Source of the DNA: Lytechinus pictus
Taxonomy: Eukaryota
Length of the DNA: 64,000 bases
Direction of reading: 5' to 3'
Assembly (NCBI RefSeq): GCF_037042905.1
Contig: NC_087250.1
Coordinates: forward strand, 7,380,001-7,444,000
The first letter of the stretch is position 1; each line of letters begins with the position of its first letter. Made by a program: the position numbers and the translations under genes. Below the pieces are notes generated by a model. It searched no databases. It was not told the origin of the DNA and worked only from the letters and a program-made list of their open reading frames with translations. Positions 48,621 to 60,973 of this stretch are shown here, piece by piece.

Positions 48621-50269
48621 TTAACTTACGAACAGGCTTTATGAAACATCCACCTGGCTCCCTGTTTTTACCGACTGTGTATATGCAGATCCAAATCACG
48701 TTTTTATTTCATAATCGTCAACTCTTCACATTCGTTTAATGAAGCAATTTGAGAGAACGGCATGCACTTTGGGGAATTGCCAAATTAAACTCGAGGGATC
48801 GAGGCTGAAAATTCATATATAGCATTGTACACAGTGAGCACAGTCACTATATATAGCAATGAAGGCCCATGAGCCCCGGAACCGGAAGGGGGGCTATAGG
48901 GGCATCATGCACCCCCACTTTTTCCAATATACGTTAACTATAAACGTAAAAAATACCATCTGATTGTGATTTTCATATGCAAGATCCGCTCCACCCTCCC
49001 ACACACACTTTCAATAATGTTCCAAAGTCTCTGCCCATCATAGTTAACATGGTCAATGAAATCCGAGGAATTAACTGAAATTGTCGGAACTTAAAATTCA
49101 TTCAGCGCTGACAACTTTCATAAAACGCCCCCCCCCCCCCATCCCCCCCCCCCAAAAAAAAAAAGGTCACCCACTTTTTCAACTTCTGTTTTTTCAAGAT
49201 TTTGTGTGAAATTCTTCTCTTCCGAAACCAAACGAATCGGCACTTCTTTAAAGGATTCGATGTAACTGTAATATTCTTCCGGTCGCAAGCTTGAAACCAG
49301 ATCGAGTCGTGGATTTTAACTGAAATCCACTGATCAGGGGATAAAGTGTGACCATGGATACACGTCTATTGACAAAGGGGGAAATCCATGATTTATGGAA
49401 ATTGTTTTACCCCCTCTAAATATGCAGCGTTATAATAATTTTAGGGGATGAATTTGGTCACTTTAGGGCTATAACTTTTCAGACAGATTTGACCCCCCAA
49501 AACACCCAAGCATCCCCTTTTCCCAATTTTTCACCCACTCTCCGTCTAATTTTCTAAACTCCTGCCCCCTTCCAAACCTCACTGGCGCAGTGAGCTAAAG
49601 CTTTTGAGGAGGCTCGATTTTTTTTACAAATGCGAGCGAGCGTGCAAAGTCATGATATTTTTTTTACAAAAATCAAATTTTGTGATAAATTTTGACATGA
49701 TATTCAGAAAATAATGTCACATTTCACCCTTGTATTCTTTTCTTTCTCTTTCTCTTTGCTTTTCTTGATCGTCAAAATGTTCTTTTTTTCACAATTTAAC
49801 CATGTTTTGACACCAGTAAGTCAAATACTGACAACTAACAAAAAAATCGATTGTTATCGTCATAAGTTATACGGAAAGAGCTTTCTGACAACTGAAACAA
49901 ACGTCAGAGGTCATCTGTTGCAGAAGCACAATCTCGAGAAAAAAATCTGACAACGTGCCAAAAGGGGGTCCTTATTATAGCAGGGGTGCCCCTGCCCTCT
50001 CGTCTTCACTCGTATGTTAATAATGCACTCCTGTTCAATTTGGAAATCTTTTTTGAATACTTTCACACTAGATGATGTACAATGGGGAATTTATACTCCG
50101 TGATGCACGACATATTCTAGAACACAGTACATGTATTGAAAAATGCCCTTCAAATGACAATGAACAACTGGGAAGTCTTTAGCGAATATGGGTGAACCGG
50201 AGCAGCAGTTTCATCCGAAGTTTCGCAGCTGACGAAAAATTCCAAATATGTCGTTAGTGCAGAGTCCAG

Positions 50270-50688
50270 GGCCCCGTCTTACAAAGAGTTACGATTGATC
50301 CAATCAATCGCAACTCTATGGTAATCCATCAGTGTCATAAATTTTTCCACAGGAAATTTGCACAATGTCCTTGGTAAAAAAGGAGAAGCACAGTGATTTT
50401 TTAAAGAAAACAATTAATGCATGAATATACATCATAGCTAGAAAATATTTTGAACAAACATGCATAATACATGTTGATATTGCTGGCCGTCCATAGTTGC
50501 GATTGATCTGATCAATCGCAACTCTTTGTAACAGGGGCCGCGGAACGGTTTTCAAAGTGGGGGGCTGACCATGCTAAAAATCACAAACATATGGCCATTT
50601 TTACGTTTTTGTACACGGTTTTGGAAAAAAGTGGGGGGCTGAAGCCCCCCCAGCCCCCGGTTCCGCGGCCCCTGTGTAAGACGGGCCC
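50270..50688. mobile_element. MITE family Y with CAG TSD, containing a nested element
   Basis: cag|ggccccgtcttacaaagagt ... actctttgtaa[insert]gacgggccc|cag. Confidence 0.85.
50532..50674. mobile_element. 143-bp MITE with 15-bp perfect TIR and 5-bp TSD (hAT5-like)
   Basis: tgtaa|caggggccgcggaac ... gttccgcggcccctg|tgtaa. Confidence 0.88.
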
Positions 50689-53216
50689 CAGGACAGAACA
50701 GCCGTTTTGATTCACCAATAATTTTTGACAAAGACCTCTTGGTTGCGCTTTGTCATGAAATGCATTTGCATATACATTTTATATATTTTCGAATCCGCCG
50801 AGCGTTATGGAGCGAAAACCCTTATTATTACCTGTATACACACATCATACCTTTTCCTGAGTTTTTTTTGGGGGTGGGGTGTTTTATCGTTGACCTACAT
50901 ATGCGTTCATACAAGGAAGTAAGGAAATTAAGGGATGAGGTCTTAAATGAATAGTCTCATTCTCAGAACGGCTACTTATTAAAAAGTGGAAATTACATGT
51001 AAATCGATTTAAATTTGATTTGATTTGATTAATTTATTTCCACATTCCAATAACAAAAGTATATACAAGTGTAATCATTTTTTCTTAGCATAACATAACA
51101 ATAAGCAAAGGACATAATTAATAACATATGCATATATACAATCTAACAATCTAATTGAAATATATTTCTACCTGATAAATTTCTTTTTTATTATTATTAA
51201 AACAAATAGCAGAAAAAATTTATATATATACAGATATCGACATAATACATTTTGAAATGTGGGAGACCTTCATCTTAAGCTTAGAGCTTGAAATTGATAA
51301 AGGCCTCAAAAGGAAAGGGGAAGGAAAATCAGACAAACAGTGCAAATCAAATCAAACCTCCATATAGGTTATTTGGTCAAATGGTCGGATGTTTAATACA
51401 ATGTTGAATTGTTTCATTTTTAATATAAATATATACTTTCCATATACTTATAGGCTTACAGAACATAGGCGCTATGTTTCAGGTTCCAACACCAAGCATT
51501 CCTTCAATTCTCCCAATATTCACGTCTCCCTACATTCCATTTTTTTTCTTCAGATATTTTGTTGTTGACCTTGACTGACTTCGATCCGTTTGTAAATTAC
51601 TTGTCGTGTTTAATCTTAAACGTATCTGAATCGATAGACTAGGGTCGGCTTGAGGCACAGTGTAATAATTTGCTTTGACATCGGAGGATGCGGGAGATCG
51701 CCGTAATGACACAATAATGACACAAAATGCCATGATCATGTGGAGCTAGTACCTCGTATTTCAAGTTCAACTTGCGATGTTGATGATGCTGGAGTCACTA
51801 AACTTCAGTGGATGGAGTATAATCTTGAACACGTGATCAGAACGCAACAATGACATTGGACCTTCATTATTAAGGCTTTACACCTGTTGTTGGGATCGGT
51901 ATGACACGCCCACAATATTACCGCGCAGTGACCATCACCCTCGAACAATAGCAGCGGGAGGGAAGGAGAGAGAGAGAGAGGGAGGGAGAGAGAGGAAGAA
52001 AGGGAGAATGTGAAAGAAAGGGAGGTATAAAGAGAGAAAGTGGCATGTATCGGTCATACCATGGACCTATAGTAGGTCCATGGTCATATTATGCTATAGC
52101 GGGAGTCATGCAAACCGATGATAAAAGTATTTCCGCAGTAAGTGGACACGTTGCGATGTTGGCTGCTGTGTGCAATTAAATCATAAACCGTTCACAATGA
52201 TGAGCATACCAGGGAATACACATGGATGCACGCAACTGCTATGTGCGCACTGCATCAGAAACTGAACCATCAGGTTGGACCAGTCTCCTCAACGAATCCC
52301 TGATTGAACCAGGGACGGATGTGGGCCTACACATAATGACGATTTCCTTCATTAACAATTGGATGTAGAAATACAGAAATGATGAGTTATGCAGCTAGCG
52401 TACTACATAAAACGGAAACCAAGCCGGAAGTTTTCAACACTGTTTAACTTGATTACTGGGTCTACGGTGAGCTGTATTTGCACAAAGGTATGCCCTATTT
52501 ATAAATGTCATCATATTAGCAGGACCATGGACTAGTAGGTGTAGTAGGTCCATGGTAGGACCAATTTTAATCTGCATCTGATGAGTTCTCATGTCGCTGA
52601 TCGGGAATTATTACATGTATCTGTCTCTGCTATGGTAACTCAAGTACTGAAGTAGGCAGGGTAGCTTTTTGTTGGAATAACGTCAAGCTGGTGTATATAA
52701 ATGGATGAATATCACCAATTGCATGGGAAACATTTTACTATTTTACATCTAAGTTAAATCAGCAATCCGGCATAGTAACTGACCGTATAGAAGACAGAAA
52801 TTAAACTCTTGGCCTATCGATGAAATTATCCTATTGCACGAAATGCTTTTAGAAGTTGTTTGAACCAAGGAGATAGAGTGATATCTCCTTGTTTGAACCA
52901 GGCATCGTCTGTATCGTGAGATAGGATCCATAATGGATGTACAAGCCTGAACACTGCACTGATGAGTGATGAGTGGTGATAAAATTTATCAATCAGTTGG
53001 TAAGTATTGGGAGGAGGATACCTACTTCATCACCTCTAAGAGGTGAGATCTCCTTGATTTAAACAGGTGATCCATCGTTCCATTCATTCACGTTTCGCCG
53101 ATATAGTGACAAAATTTGATAAATGGTTTTTATGTTTCAAAATTGTGTGTTTCTTCGTTCACTTCAGTTCCTGTTTAACCATATTATGTGCCAATATGTT
53201 GAGTCTTTCAATGAAC

Positions 53217-53335
53217 GGATATGGTGGTTCAGTGGTAGAGCGCCAGCCTCATGAACGGGAGGTCGTGCGTTCGATCCCCGGCCGAGTCATACCAAAGGCT
53301 TCCCAAATTATACCTTCTGCCTTTTTGATAGGCGA
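53217..53335 (+). mobile_element. tRNA-derived SINE (Meta-domain-like), decayed copy
   Basis: Head nearly identical to the 55525 copy. Confidence 0.75.
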
Positions 53336-55524
53336 ATTAGAGGGGGGTCACTGCCATTGGAGAGTGGACCACATCGGTCATTATCGCTCATTTGGATTAC
53401 GTAGCAGACGATGCTAGCCTGCTAGTATATAGTATACTTACGCAGACCCTATTGCAAATCAAAATCAATTCCGGACTCGATATTTGCTTCCTCAAACTGT
53501 AGCTATATTATAAATATCAGTAGGCAAAGTTTTATAGTAGAAGAACATTTTTACTTTCAACATTAGATGCTTTAATTAAGTTTATTTGGACTGCATTAAT
53601 TGTTTTAAATGAAAAGGGTCTAGAAACGGAAACTATCATGCGTTAGTCACGTGACGTTGTACACAGAAATATGCCATGTTCTGCCTGCTCGATCTCAAAG
53701 TTTGGGGGGAAAATGAGATGTAACCATTATACAATTCATAAAGTATTATACATCAAACTGTAGGTAATCTATTTAGCATTGATATGACAATCAATCTCGA
53801 CCTCTTTGACCCTTAGGGATATTCCACTGGGAAAACAAAGGTGCCAGGGTCTCGAAAATATGGGTGATTTCAGACCGTTTGCCATAGCAAGAGTTGTGAA
53901 CATGGACACTTTCAAATGAACAGCGAGACGTAAATAGTAAATTAATTGTAATAATATTAACATCAAATTAATGGAATTTGATAAAATTTTCACACTATAT
54001 CAATCTGGTGTGAGATTATTAATAATCATAAAGATATACCCGGATTTCTACAATATTATGTTCATGAAAACCACTGTTCTCTGTGTTGAAGTTGTGTGTG
54101 TGGACTTTCGGACACTCAGATGCACGCGACTAACCATTATGACATGCGCGACCAAAAAAAGGCGGAAAGGGGGTGTTTTTCGCGGGTAGGCACGGAACGC
54201 GAATAGTGTGTCAAAAAGTCCAAAAGTGAAAAAAGAACCCCCTAAACCACGATGGCCTAAACCTCGAATAAAGTATGTAATTTGCACCGACCGAGAGGAA
54301 GCCAATTTTACAACCCACACGCTTCTTAAACAGAATACAATACATATCAATACACATCAAAATAATGTATACACCAAAGGTGTCATTTAATGGTATGAGA
54401 AAGAAGCTTGAATACAAAATACTTTTATTTTTCCATTAATACAAATTTTGCTTTCATAACAGTATCTACAAAATTATATTCAACTCACCAATCGTATTCT
54501 GTCTAGATAAGAGGGTTAAGAGAACCTGGAGAAGAAGGGGAGAAGTAGTGAAGACTTTTTCATATTTTCCTAAAGATTAGAAGAAATCGACTTTTGGTTT
54601 AAAAAAATGTACACCGAAACTTTGGAATTTCAAAAGTTTGGTCAAACTTGAGCAATATTTATGTTCGGACACCTGTTCATCCTCTCATTCAGCCCTAGAG
54701 GTCGCACGGGCCTTCTAACAACGGGAGGGCAAAAATCCCGCAAAATATATTCATTCGAGCCAACCCATTCAGTTGTTGTTTTTTATATATAGCTAATGGA
54801 AAAAGTGTATGAATATGATCGTCCATCTAACACTGAATCTGTGGAGGGTAACTACTGAACTTCCTTTTCCCAAATTGGGAAGAAATATCACCAACTTTGA
54901 AACTATATTATTTTGACTGGCGGGAGGACAAGGGCTATTTTACCGTTTCAGGTGATGAATTGGATCCCTCGATCAGGACATGTCTTCATATTTTTAAATG
55001 CAGATTTATTTTTAAAATGAGCCGGTCGAGTGACCCTATTCTGGTCAGATATGGATTGCAAGATATACATCCTATCCACTGGTAGTAAAAATTTGACCCC
55101 CGAATTTCATCCTTATTTTTATGATTTTTTATCAAAGTGCCACTTTAACACACGAGTATATAGCATCGGTGCCAGAGCGGTTATTTGTTTCGGTTTTCGG
55201 AACGAATAACGTTCAGATCTAGACGACATCGGTACTGGTAGAGGGGCAGCTAGGCTGGATGTTAGGCCTACATTTTTTTTAATATCATCTCTGTTATCAT
55301 TTTCGTTTTTCATGTCAGCAGAGATATGGAACGAGGATGCAAGCAGAATGAGAAAGTGAGGATTCTTTCGCCATAGATGCATCTATAACCACGGCCAGTC
55401 CGGCTACCAGTCACGATGGAACTCAGGAAGGTTCGTTCTGTTTACTTCTTGTGGGTTTTAAGGTCCTGCATTTGGAAAATTTAGATACTCGGAAGGGATA
55501 TACGAACAGAGTTATGATTGAACA

Positions 55525-55755
55525 GGGCATGGTGGCTCAGTGGTAGAGCGTCCGCCTCATGAACGGGAGGTCGTGGGTTCGATCCCCGGCCGAGTCATAC
55601 CAAAGACTTATAAAAAATGGGACCTTCTGCCTTCTTGCTCGGCGCTTAGCATTTAGACTGGAGAAGGGTAATTATAACATATTATGTTAAGCAGGGCCCG
55701 CTGGAAGAGCAGTCTTATGATTGAAGTGGCTACCCTGGGTATTATTATTATTATT
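55525..55755 (+). mobile_element. tRNA-derived SINE (Meta-domain-like), full length
   Basis: A box tggctcagtgg, B box ggttcgatccc, body cataccaaagacttataaaaaatgg...tgccttcttgctcggcgcttagcatt, tail gggcccgctggaagagcag...ggctaccctgg and (TAT)n. Confidence 0.82.
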
Positions 55756-56849
55756 GATCTAATCATCTTAAACCATACAGAAAAACAACATTGCCATAAT
55801 TGTTTTCCAGGAAGTTTGCATGATGTCCTTTATAAATAAAGAGAAGCAGCTGAATTTTCAAGAAAAAAATATATGATTATGCACCACATCTAGAAAATAT
55901 TTTCAACAAACGTGCATTTTAGATGTTGACGTTGCTGGCTTTCTATAGTTGTGATTGATCGGATCAAACGTAATTTTTTTGTAAGATGGGCCCCTGGATT
56001 TGGAATATAGTTGGAAGGGATATGGGAACCTGGGCCCCTTCTCACAAGGAGTTACGATTGATCCAATCAATCTTAGCTGTATGGAAATCCATCCTTAACA
56101 TATTTTTTTTCTACAGGAAATTTGCACAATATCCTAAGTAAATAAAACACATCATACGGAATCTTCAAGGGAACGATGAATGGATGAATATATATCTAGA
56201 AAATATTCTGAACAAACATGCATAATAGATGTATATGATGCTGGCCATCCATAGTTGTGGTTGATCGGATCAATCGCAACTCTTTGTAAGACGGGGTCCT
56301 TGTCATACTCGTTAGAGGCCTTTTTAGAACTCGTAAACTTTATCATTTTTAAAGAGATTAATATTTTCTCATTAAAATTCTATCAAATTCTGTAAGGGGC
56401 CACATACTCTCTACGATATTTTTTTTTCTCAGTTGAATAATAAGGTTCATACTGATCCACCACGACAGTTTCTTTCTTATACCCTTTTCTTCTCTTTATC
56501 TCTTTAAAAAAATATCCTCTCTAATTTTTCTCACTACCCAAAATTGTCCCGGAAAGACGCAACTTCGTGCATTTCAGTTGAATGATAGTAATGATAGAAA
56601 TAGTAATGTAGAAACAAATCAGTTCCCTTACCCAATTAATGTTATGACGATATTATGGAAGTTTAATTCGTCGAGTAATGCTTTAACAATTAACATAAAT
56701 TATTTAGTTTCCCCAGTTTTGATGTTTTTTTTTATCATTAACATTCAGCAGTATTTTACATTCTGTAAAATGTTTTTATCCCTCAGTCATCAATTATACT
56801 TGGTAACATTTGCTATTCTTTATTTTCTTTTCTTTTTTTTCAGAAAGAA

Positions 56850-58049
56850 ATGATCCCCTTAACCTGTACTATCGTTGCAATTTTGATGTGTGTCATCTTT
56901 AGCCACCACAATGGTTTTACCGTCGTGCACACCATACAGGCGGGACTAGATGTGGAACCAGTGCAATCAGTATCTCGGAAACAACTCCCTAAACCGGCAA
57001 CAAGCCTTGTCTTTGTTAAAACCCATAAAACTGGCGGGACGACTTTGGCATCGATTCTCAACCGATTCGGGTACAATCATCGTCTCTCGTTTCTCTTCAA
57101 TCGGGGAGATAAGAAGCATGGCCACTTCCGGTTGTCTAAACTGGCTAAAAAGAAACCTCGCAGCTTCCTGCCTCCGCTTTGCGTTGCTACGGGTGACTAT
57201 ACGCATTACAGGAATTACAGTATGATGACAGCGCACCTGAGATTTCTACCGAATCTAGAAAACCTGAAACGATTTATGAAGCCCGATTGCAAGTATGTGT
57301 CCATCCTCCGTGAGCCGAGCGCGCAGTGGGAAAGCGCGTTTTCCTTTTTCGGCGCTGCAAGCTCCATGCATATCAGTAAAAGCGGGCGGGGGAACACGAG
57401 CGTTGCGAACATCGCAACCTTTTTGAGCAAGCCTGAATATTATTGGAATTCCGCCAGGGGTGGCAATGCCAAGTTCTACTCAAGGAACGGACAGCTTTTC
57501 GAATTCACCGAAGATGGCGCCATCCACAGATATGAAGACATCGTCAATGACACGATTCAGCAGCTCGATGTGCATCTCGACTTGGTTCTCATAACAGAAC
57601 ACTTCGACGAGTCGCTTATTCTGCTCAAAAATCTAATGCACTGGACTTTCAAAGATATATTATACGTGAAGAAAAATGCGCGAGCAAGAACGTCCAATAT
57701 AACCGAAGAACAACGGCAACAAATTAGAGAGTGGAACAGTGCTGATGTTTCTCTTTACAGTCATTTCAATAGGACGTTATGGAGAAAGATAGAGGAGGGA
57801 GGGGCGACCTTTCAGAAAGATTTATGGACGTTCAGGAGAATGATGTGGGACTATGCTACGGGGTGCGGTATAGAGAACAAGGAAGCCGCGCGGAAGGGAC
57901 AGAAAATGTTGCGCGTCGCTCACGTGACTAAGAACAACTCGCTTTTCTGCAAACGACTGGTGAGCGAAAATTACGAGATTTCGACATTGATCATGGAAAG
58001 ACAACGATTGGGAGCCCAATGCGAAGTAAAGAGGAACAAGGTTTTATAA
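56850..58049 (+). CDS. Galactose-3-O-sulfotransferase (Gal3ST family) Golgi sulfotransferase
   Basis: 399-aa ORF with an N-terminal hydrophobic anchor, 5'-PAPS motif VFVKTHKTGGTTL, 3'-PAPS motif YVSILREP..QWESAF, and RNGQ.FEF, LDLVLITEHFDESLILLK, WNSADVSLYSHFNRTLW. A strong acceptor (poly-T cag, ending 56843) lies 6 nt upstream and in frame, so an upstream UTR or coding exon probably exists. Confidence 0.93.
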   Translation: MIPLTCTIVAILMCVIFSHHNGFTVVHTIQAGLDVEPVQSVSRKQLPKPATSLVFVKTHKTGGTTLASILNRFGYNHRLSFLFNRGDKKHGHFRLSKLAKKKPRSFLPPLCVATGDYTHYRNYSMMTAHLRFLPNLENLKRFMKPDCKYVSILREPSAQWESAFSFFGAASSMHISKSGRGNTSVANIATFLSKPEYYWNSARGGNAKFYSRNGQLFEFTEDGAIHRYEDIVNDTIQQLDVHLDLVLITEHFDESLILLKNLMHWTFKDILYVKKNARARTSNITEEQRQQIREWNSADVSLYSHFNRTLWRKIEEGGATFQKDLWTFRRMMWDYATGCGIENKEAARKGQKMLRVAHVTKNNSLFCKRLVSENYEISTLIMERQRLGAQCEVKRNKVL

Positions 58050-58463
58050 ACATGCGTTGAGGATCAGTCAGACGGTAGGTCCCAAGAAAGTGGCTTCTTT
58101 CATCCAAGTGATATTCATGACTTGAGATGTTTTGCATATTTAATGAGCTTGATGCGAACCAAAACCCCTCTTTTCATTCGGTCATTGCTGCTCTAATTGA
58201 GCATGGAATTTCATGATTTTAGTATCATTGACTTTTGTAAAGAAGAAGAATAACTCTTTCAGGTCATGTGTTTGAATTTATTCAAAGATTTTGTAATGTA
58301 AGTTAAAATTTTGATCTAAAATATGCTACAAAATAATTATTTTCACCTGACAAAAGCTGCAATTTTCACACTTAATTTTTGTTTGAGTACAAATGATTTT
58401 TAAATCATGATAAAGCTGAATATGTATGCTATAAAATGGTATAGGTTTCATAATAAGAATTGG

Positions 58464-58759
58464 TTTAATCGGGTCAAGATCACACTTTTCATTGGCCAAT
58501 TACATAAAGCAGCTTGAAAAGAAGAATACTGCACTTTGATTGGTCAAAGAGACCACACACTGGCAAATTCCAACGGTTCCAGTGCCTGGGTTCATGGGAA
58601 GGACACACTTCCCATGTGGTAATCTCCTCAAATTACCCGCGCCTGTTGTACTGTGAACCTTATCTAGCCAATCAGAACTCTGGATTTCATGCAAGTACAA
58701 AATTTCAGAAATCTCGTCTTGTACCTCGGTGGGAAAAGTGTGATCTTGACCCGATTAAA
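58464..58759. mobile_element. MITE with 27-bp perfect inverted ends
   Basis: tttaatcgggtcaagatcacacttttc / gaaaagtgtgatcttgacccgattaaa. Confidence 0.8.
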
Positions 58760-60366
58760 AGGTGCCGCATATCAAGAGTGGCATTGTGAGAAAGTACAGA
58801 AGTTCAGCTTTATGGTGATATATATATATCATTGAGGCTCAAAATAAAAAGTTTTGCACAATTTGCAAAAGAAAACAGAGGAAGAAAATTCAGTTTTGAG
58901 GCACATTTTCAGGCCAGAAATTTACTTATTTATCAAAATATTGTATACAAAATAAATGACCAATATGAAAAAATAACATTTACTCTATCTGATGGTGCAA
59001 TAATATTTCATTTAACTTGAGGTTAAAACGGTTAAATTCTTAGAGAAAGAAAATCTCACGAATCACGAGATTTTGCAAGGAGGAGGATTCAGCCACGAGA
59101 TGATTTGGATGAATCTGGCCTTTTTGCTCATTAGCATAGGGATCTGCGGTCTGACTGGGATGTACTGTTCAAGATATCCCCACCCTTCAAAAAAAAAGAT
59201 AAATAAAAGAAATTATTGGAAAAAATGGAATGTCGACTCTTACAGGCATTTTGAAAGGAATAAAGGATATTTTTTATGTGGATAGATACTCTCTTTTTTT
59301 AAAGCGCTTGAACATTCCGATTCATGATTTTGTACATTCAGGGCAATGATTGCGCCCCCTTCGGCCATGTTAAAAGAATTCTCAAAACCGAAGAATCTAA
59401 ATGACTTGTTAATGGTTCAGCTGAATGCAACTCTTATTTTAGCAATTTGAATATTTTCCAATTAAATAATTTTTTGTTAGTCAAATTTGACTAGGACAAA
59501 GTCTGACTATAAATAAAATATTCTTATCAAATGACTTTACGTGTCAGTTCCAGTCAATCGACAAATATTCTTTAGTGATTTTAACTAGCCTGTTTTAGAG
59601 AAAAGATGTGAATAGAGGGGATTGGGGTAAGTTAACACCCTAGATTTACTCCCAATGTGTTGCTCTCTGCATTCAATAATGAGTTTGCTACAATTTTTAT
59701 TGTGGATTGTAATTGAAATCGAAAGATCGAACACTTTGGGAATAGGGCTATATAGTAATAATAATAATAATATAGGTATATTTACCAAGGGAAGCCACTT
59801 CAGTTCTGAAAACTGTTCTCCCAGCGGGCCGTGCTATTATTATTACCCCGGCTTTTACCTAGGCGCTTGAAGCATCCAAGGAATTTCTTCCTACCGGGTA
59901 TCCATTCACCTCACCTGGGTTGAGTGCAGCACAGTGCGGATACATTTCTTGCTGAAGGAAATTACGCCATGGCTGAGTAGTCTCCATCCGTCTTTATTTT
60001 TTCTTGAATAAAACATTAAATGTTATAATTAATTAAATTAAGTAATAAGACAATGAATAGGGAGCTGCATGGCTTGGATGTTATGCACTATTTAGGCAAG
60101 TCAATAGAAATTGTGATGTAGAAAAATACAATAGGTCTACAATAGTTTAACGGAAATGCCAATGATGTGAAAGAAAAATGGGACTACGGTCGACCACCGC
60201 TACGTACACCTGCCCATCACATCTAATGAATGTCCCATGAAGCTGTTCGCTGATTTACGCACGCATGACCGGTGACCCTTTCTTGTGGGTAATGATATAT
60301 CTCTTTGCGGCTGTCTTAGGACCGAAGAACATGTTCCAGCCGTGTGTAAGGTCATGCGTAACTTAA

Positions 60367-60973
60367 AGGGATGCTCCGGGCTGGAAATAATATGATTTTA
60401 ACCGATAAAGAAAAATTAGACAAACAAAACAGTGAAACTTTGAAAATCAGACAACGAATAGCAAAGTTGTGGCATTTCAAAGATGTTCATTATTCCGGTG
60501 AAATAGTCCCAGGCATGTCTTCATGAATATTTAATGAGCAGAGCAAATTGATGATGTCATATCCTTACTTGTTCTTTTGAATTTTATTATATGAAATAAG
60601 TTTATTCAGATTTTTTCTACCAAGAACATAAAAATTTGGATTGACAACTGATTTAGTGCATTGGATATTCATTGCTGCAACCTATTTCGTTATAGAGGAG
60701 ACACATTATTTACACATGCATGAAAAAATGAAACAATTATGATTTCATGTAATAACATTAAGGAAAGTGGGGATGTGACATCATCAGCCAATCTAATGAA
60801 TATTCCTGATGACGTGCATATACCTATTTTCACAAAATATTGGTAAACATTAAAATTCAATTACTTCGCTATTTGTTATCAGATTTTGATGAAATTTTCA
60901 GCATTTTGCCCTGTGAACTTTACTATATATATTTATTTAGATATAATAAATATTTTCAGCCTAGACCATCCCT
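60367..60973. mobile_element. MITE family K2, intact
   Basis: ttaa|agggatgctccgggctg ... cagcctagaccatccct|ttaa. Confidence 0.82.

Larger units (their letters stand above)
46979..48653. mobile_element. Family-X MITE host split by three nested insertions
   Basis: cag|gtgggtgtttcata ... tatgaaacatccac|ctg. The four remaining pieces join to the reverse complement of 32573-32743. Confidence 0.85.

Noticed and set aside
51530..51739. Minus-strand 69-aa ORF with a hydrophobic start
   Set aside because: Short, with no recognisable motif or supporting exon structure.
55525..55600. tRNA gene (CAT in a loop, Met-like), also at 53217, 45163 and 39450-39522
   Set aside because: The acceptor stems do not pair, and each continues into a SINE body and tail. 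These are SINE heads.
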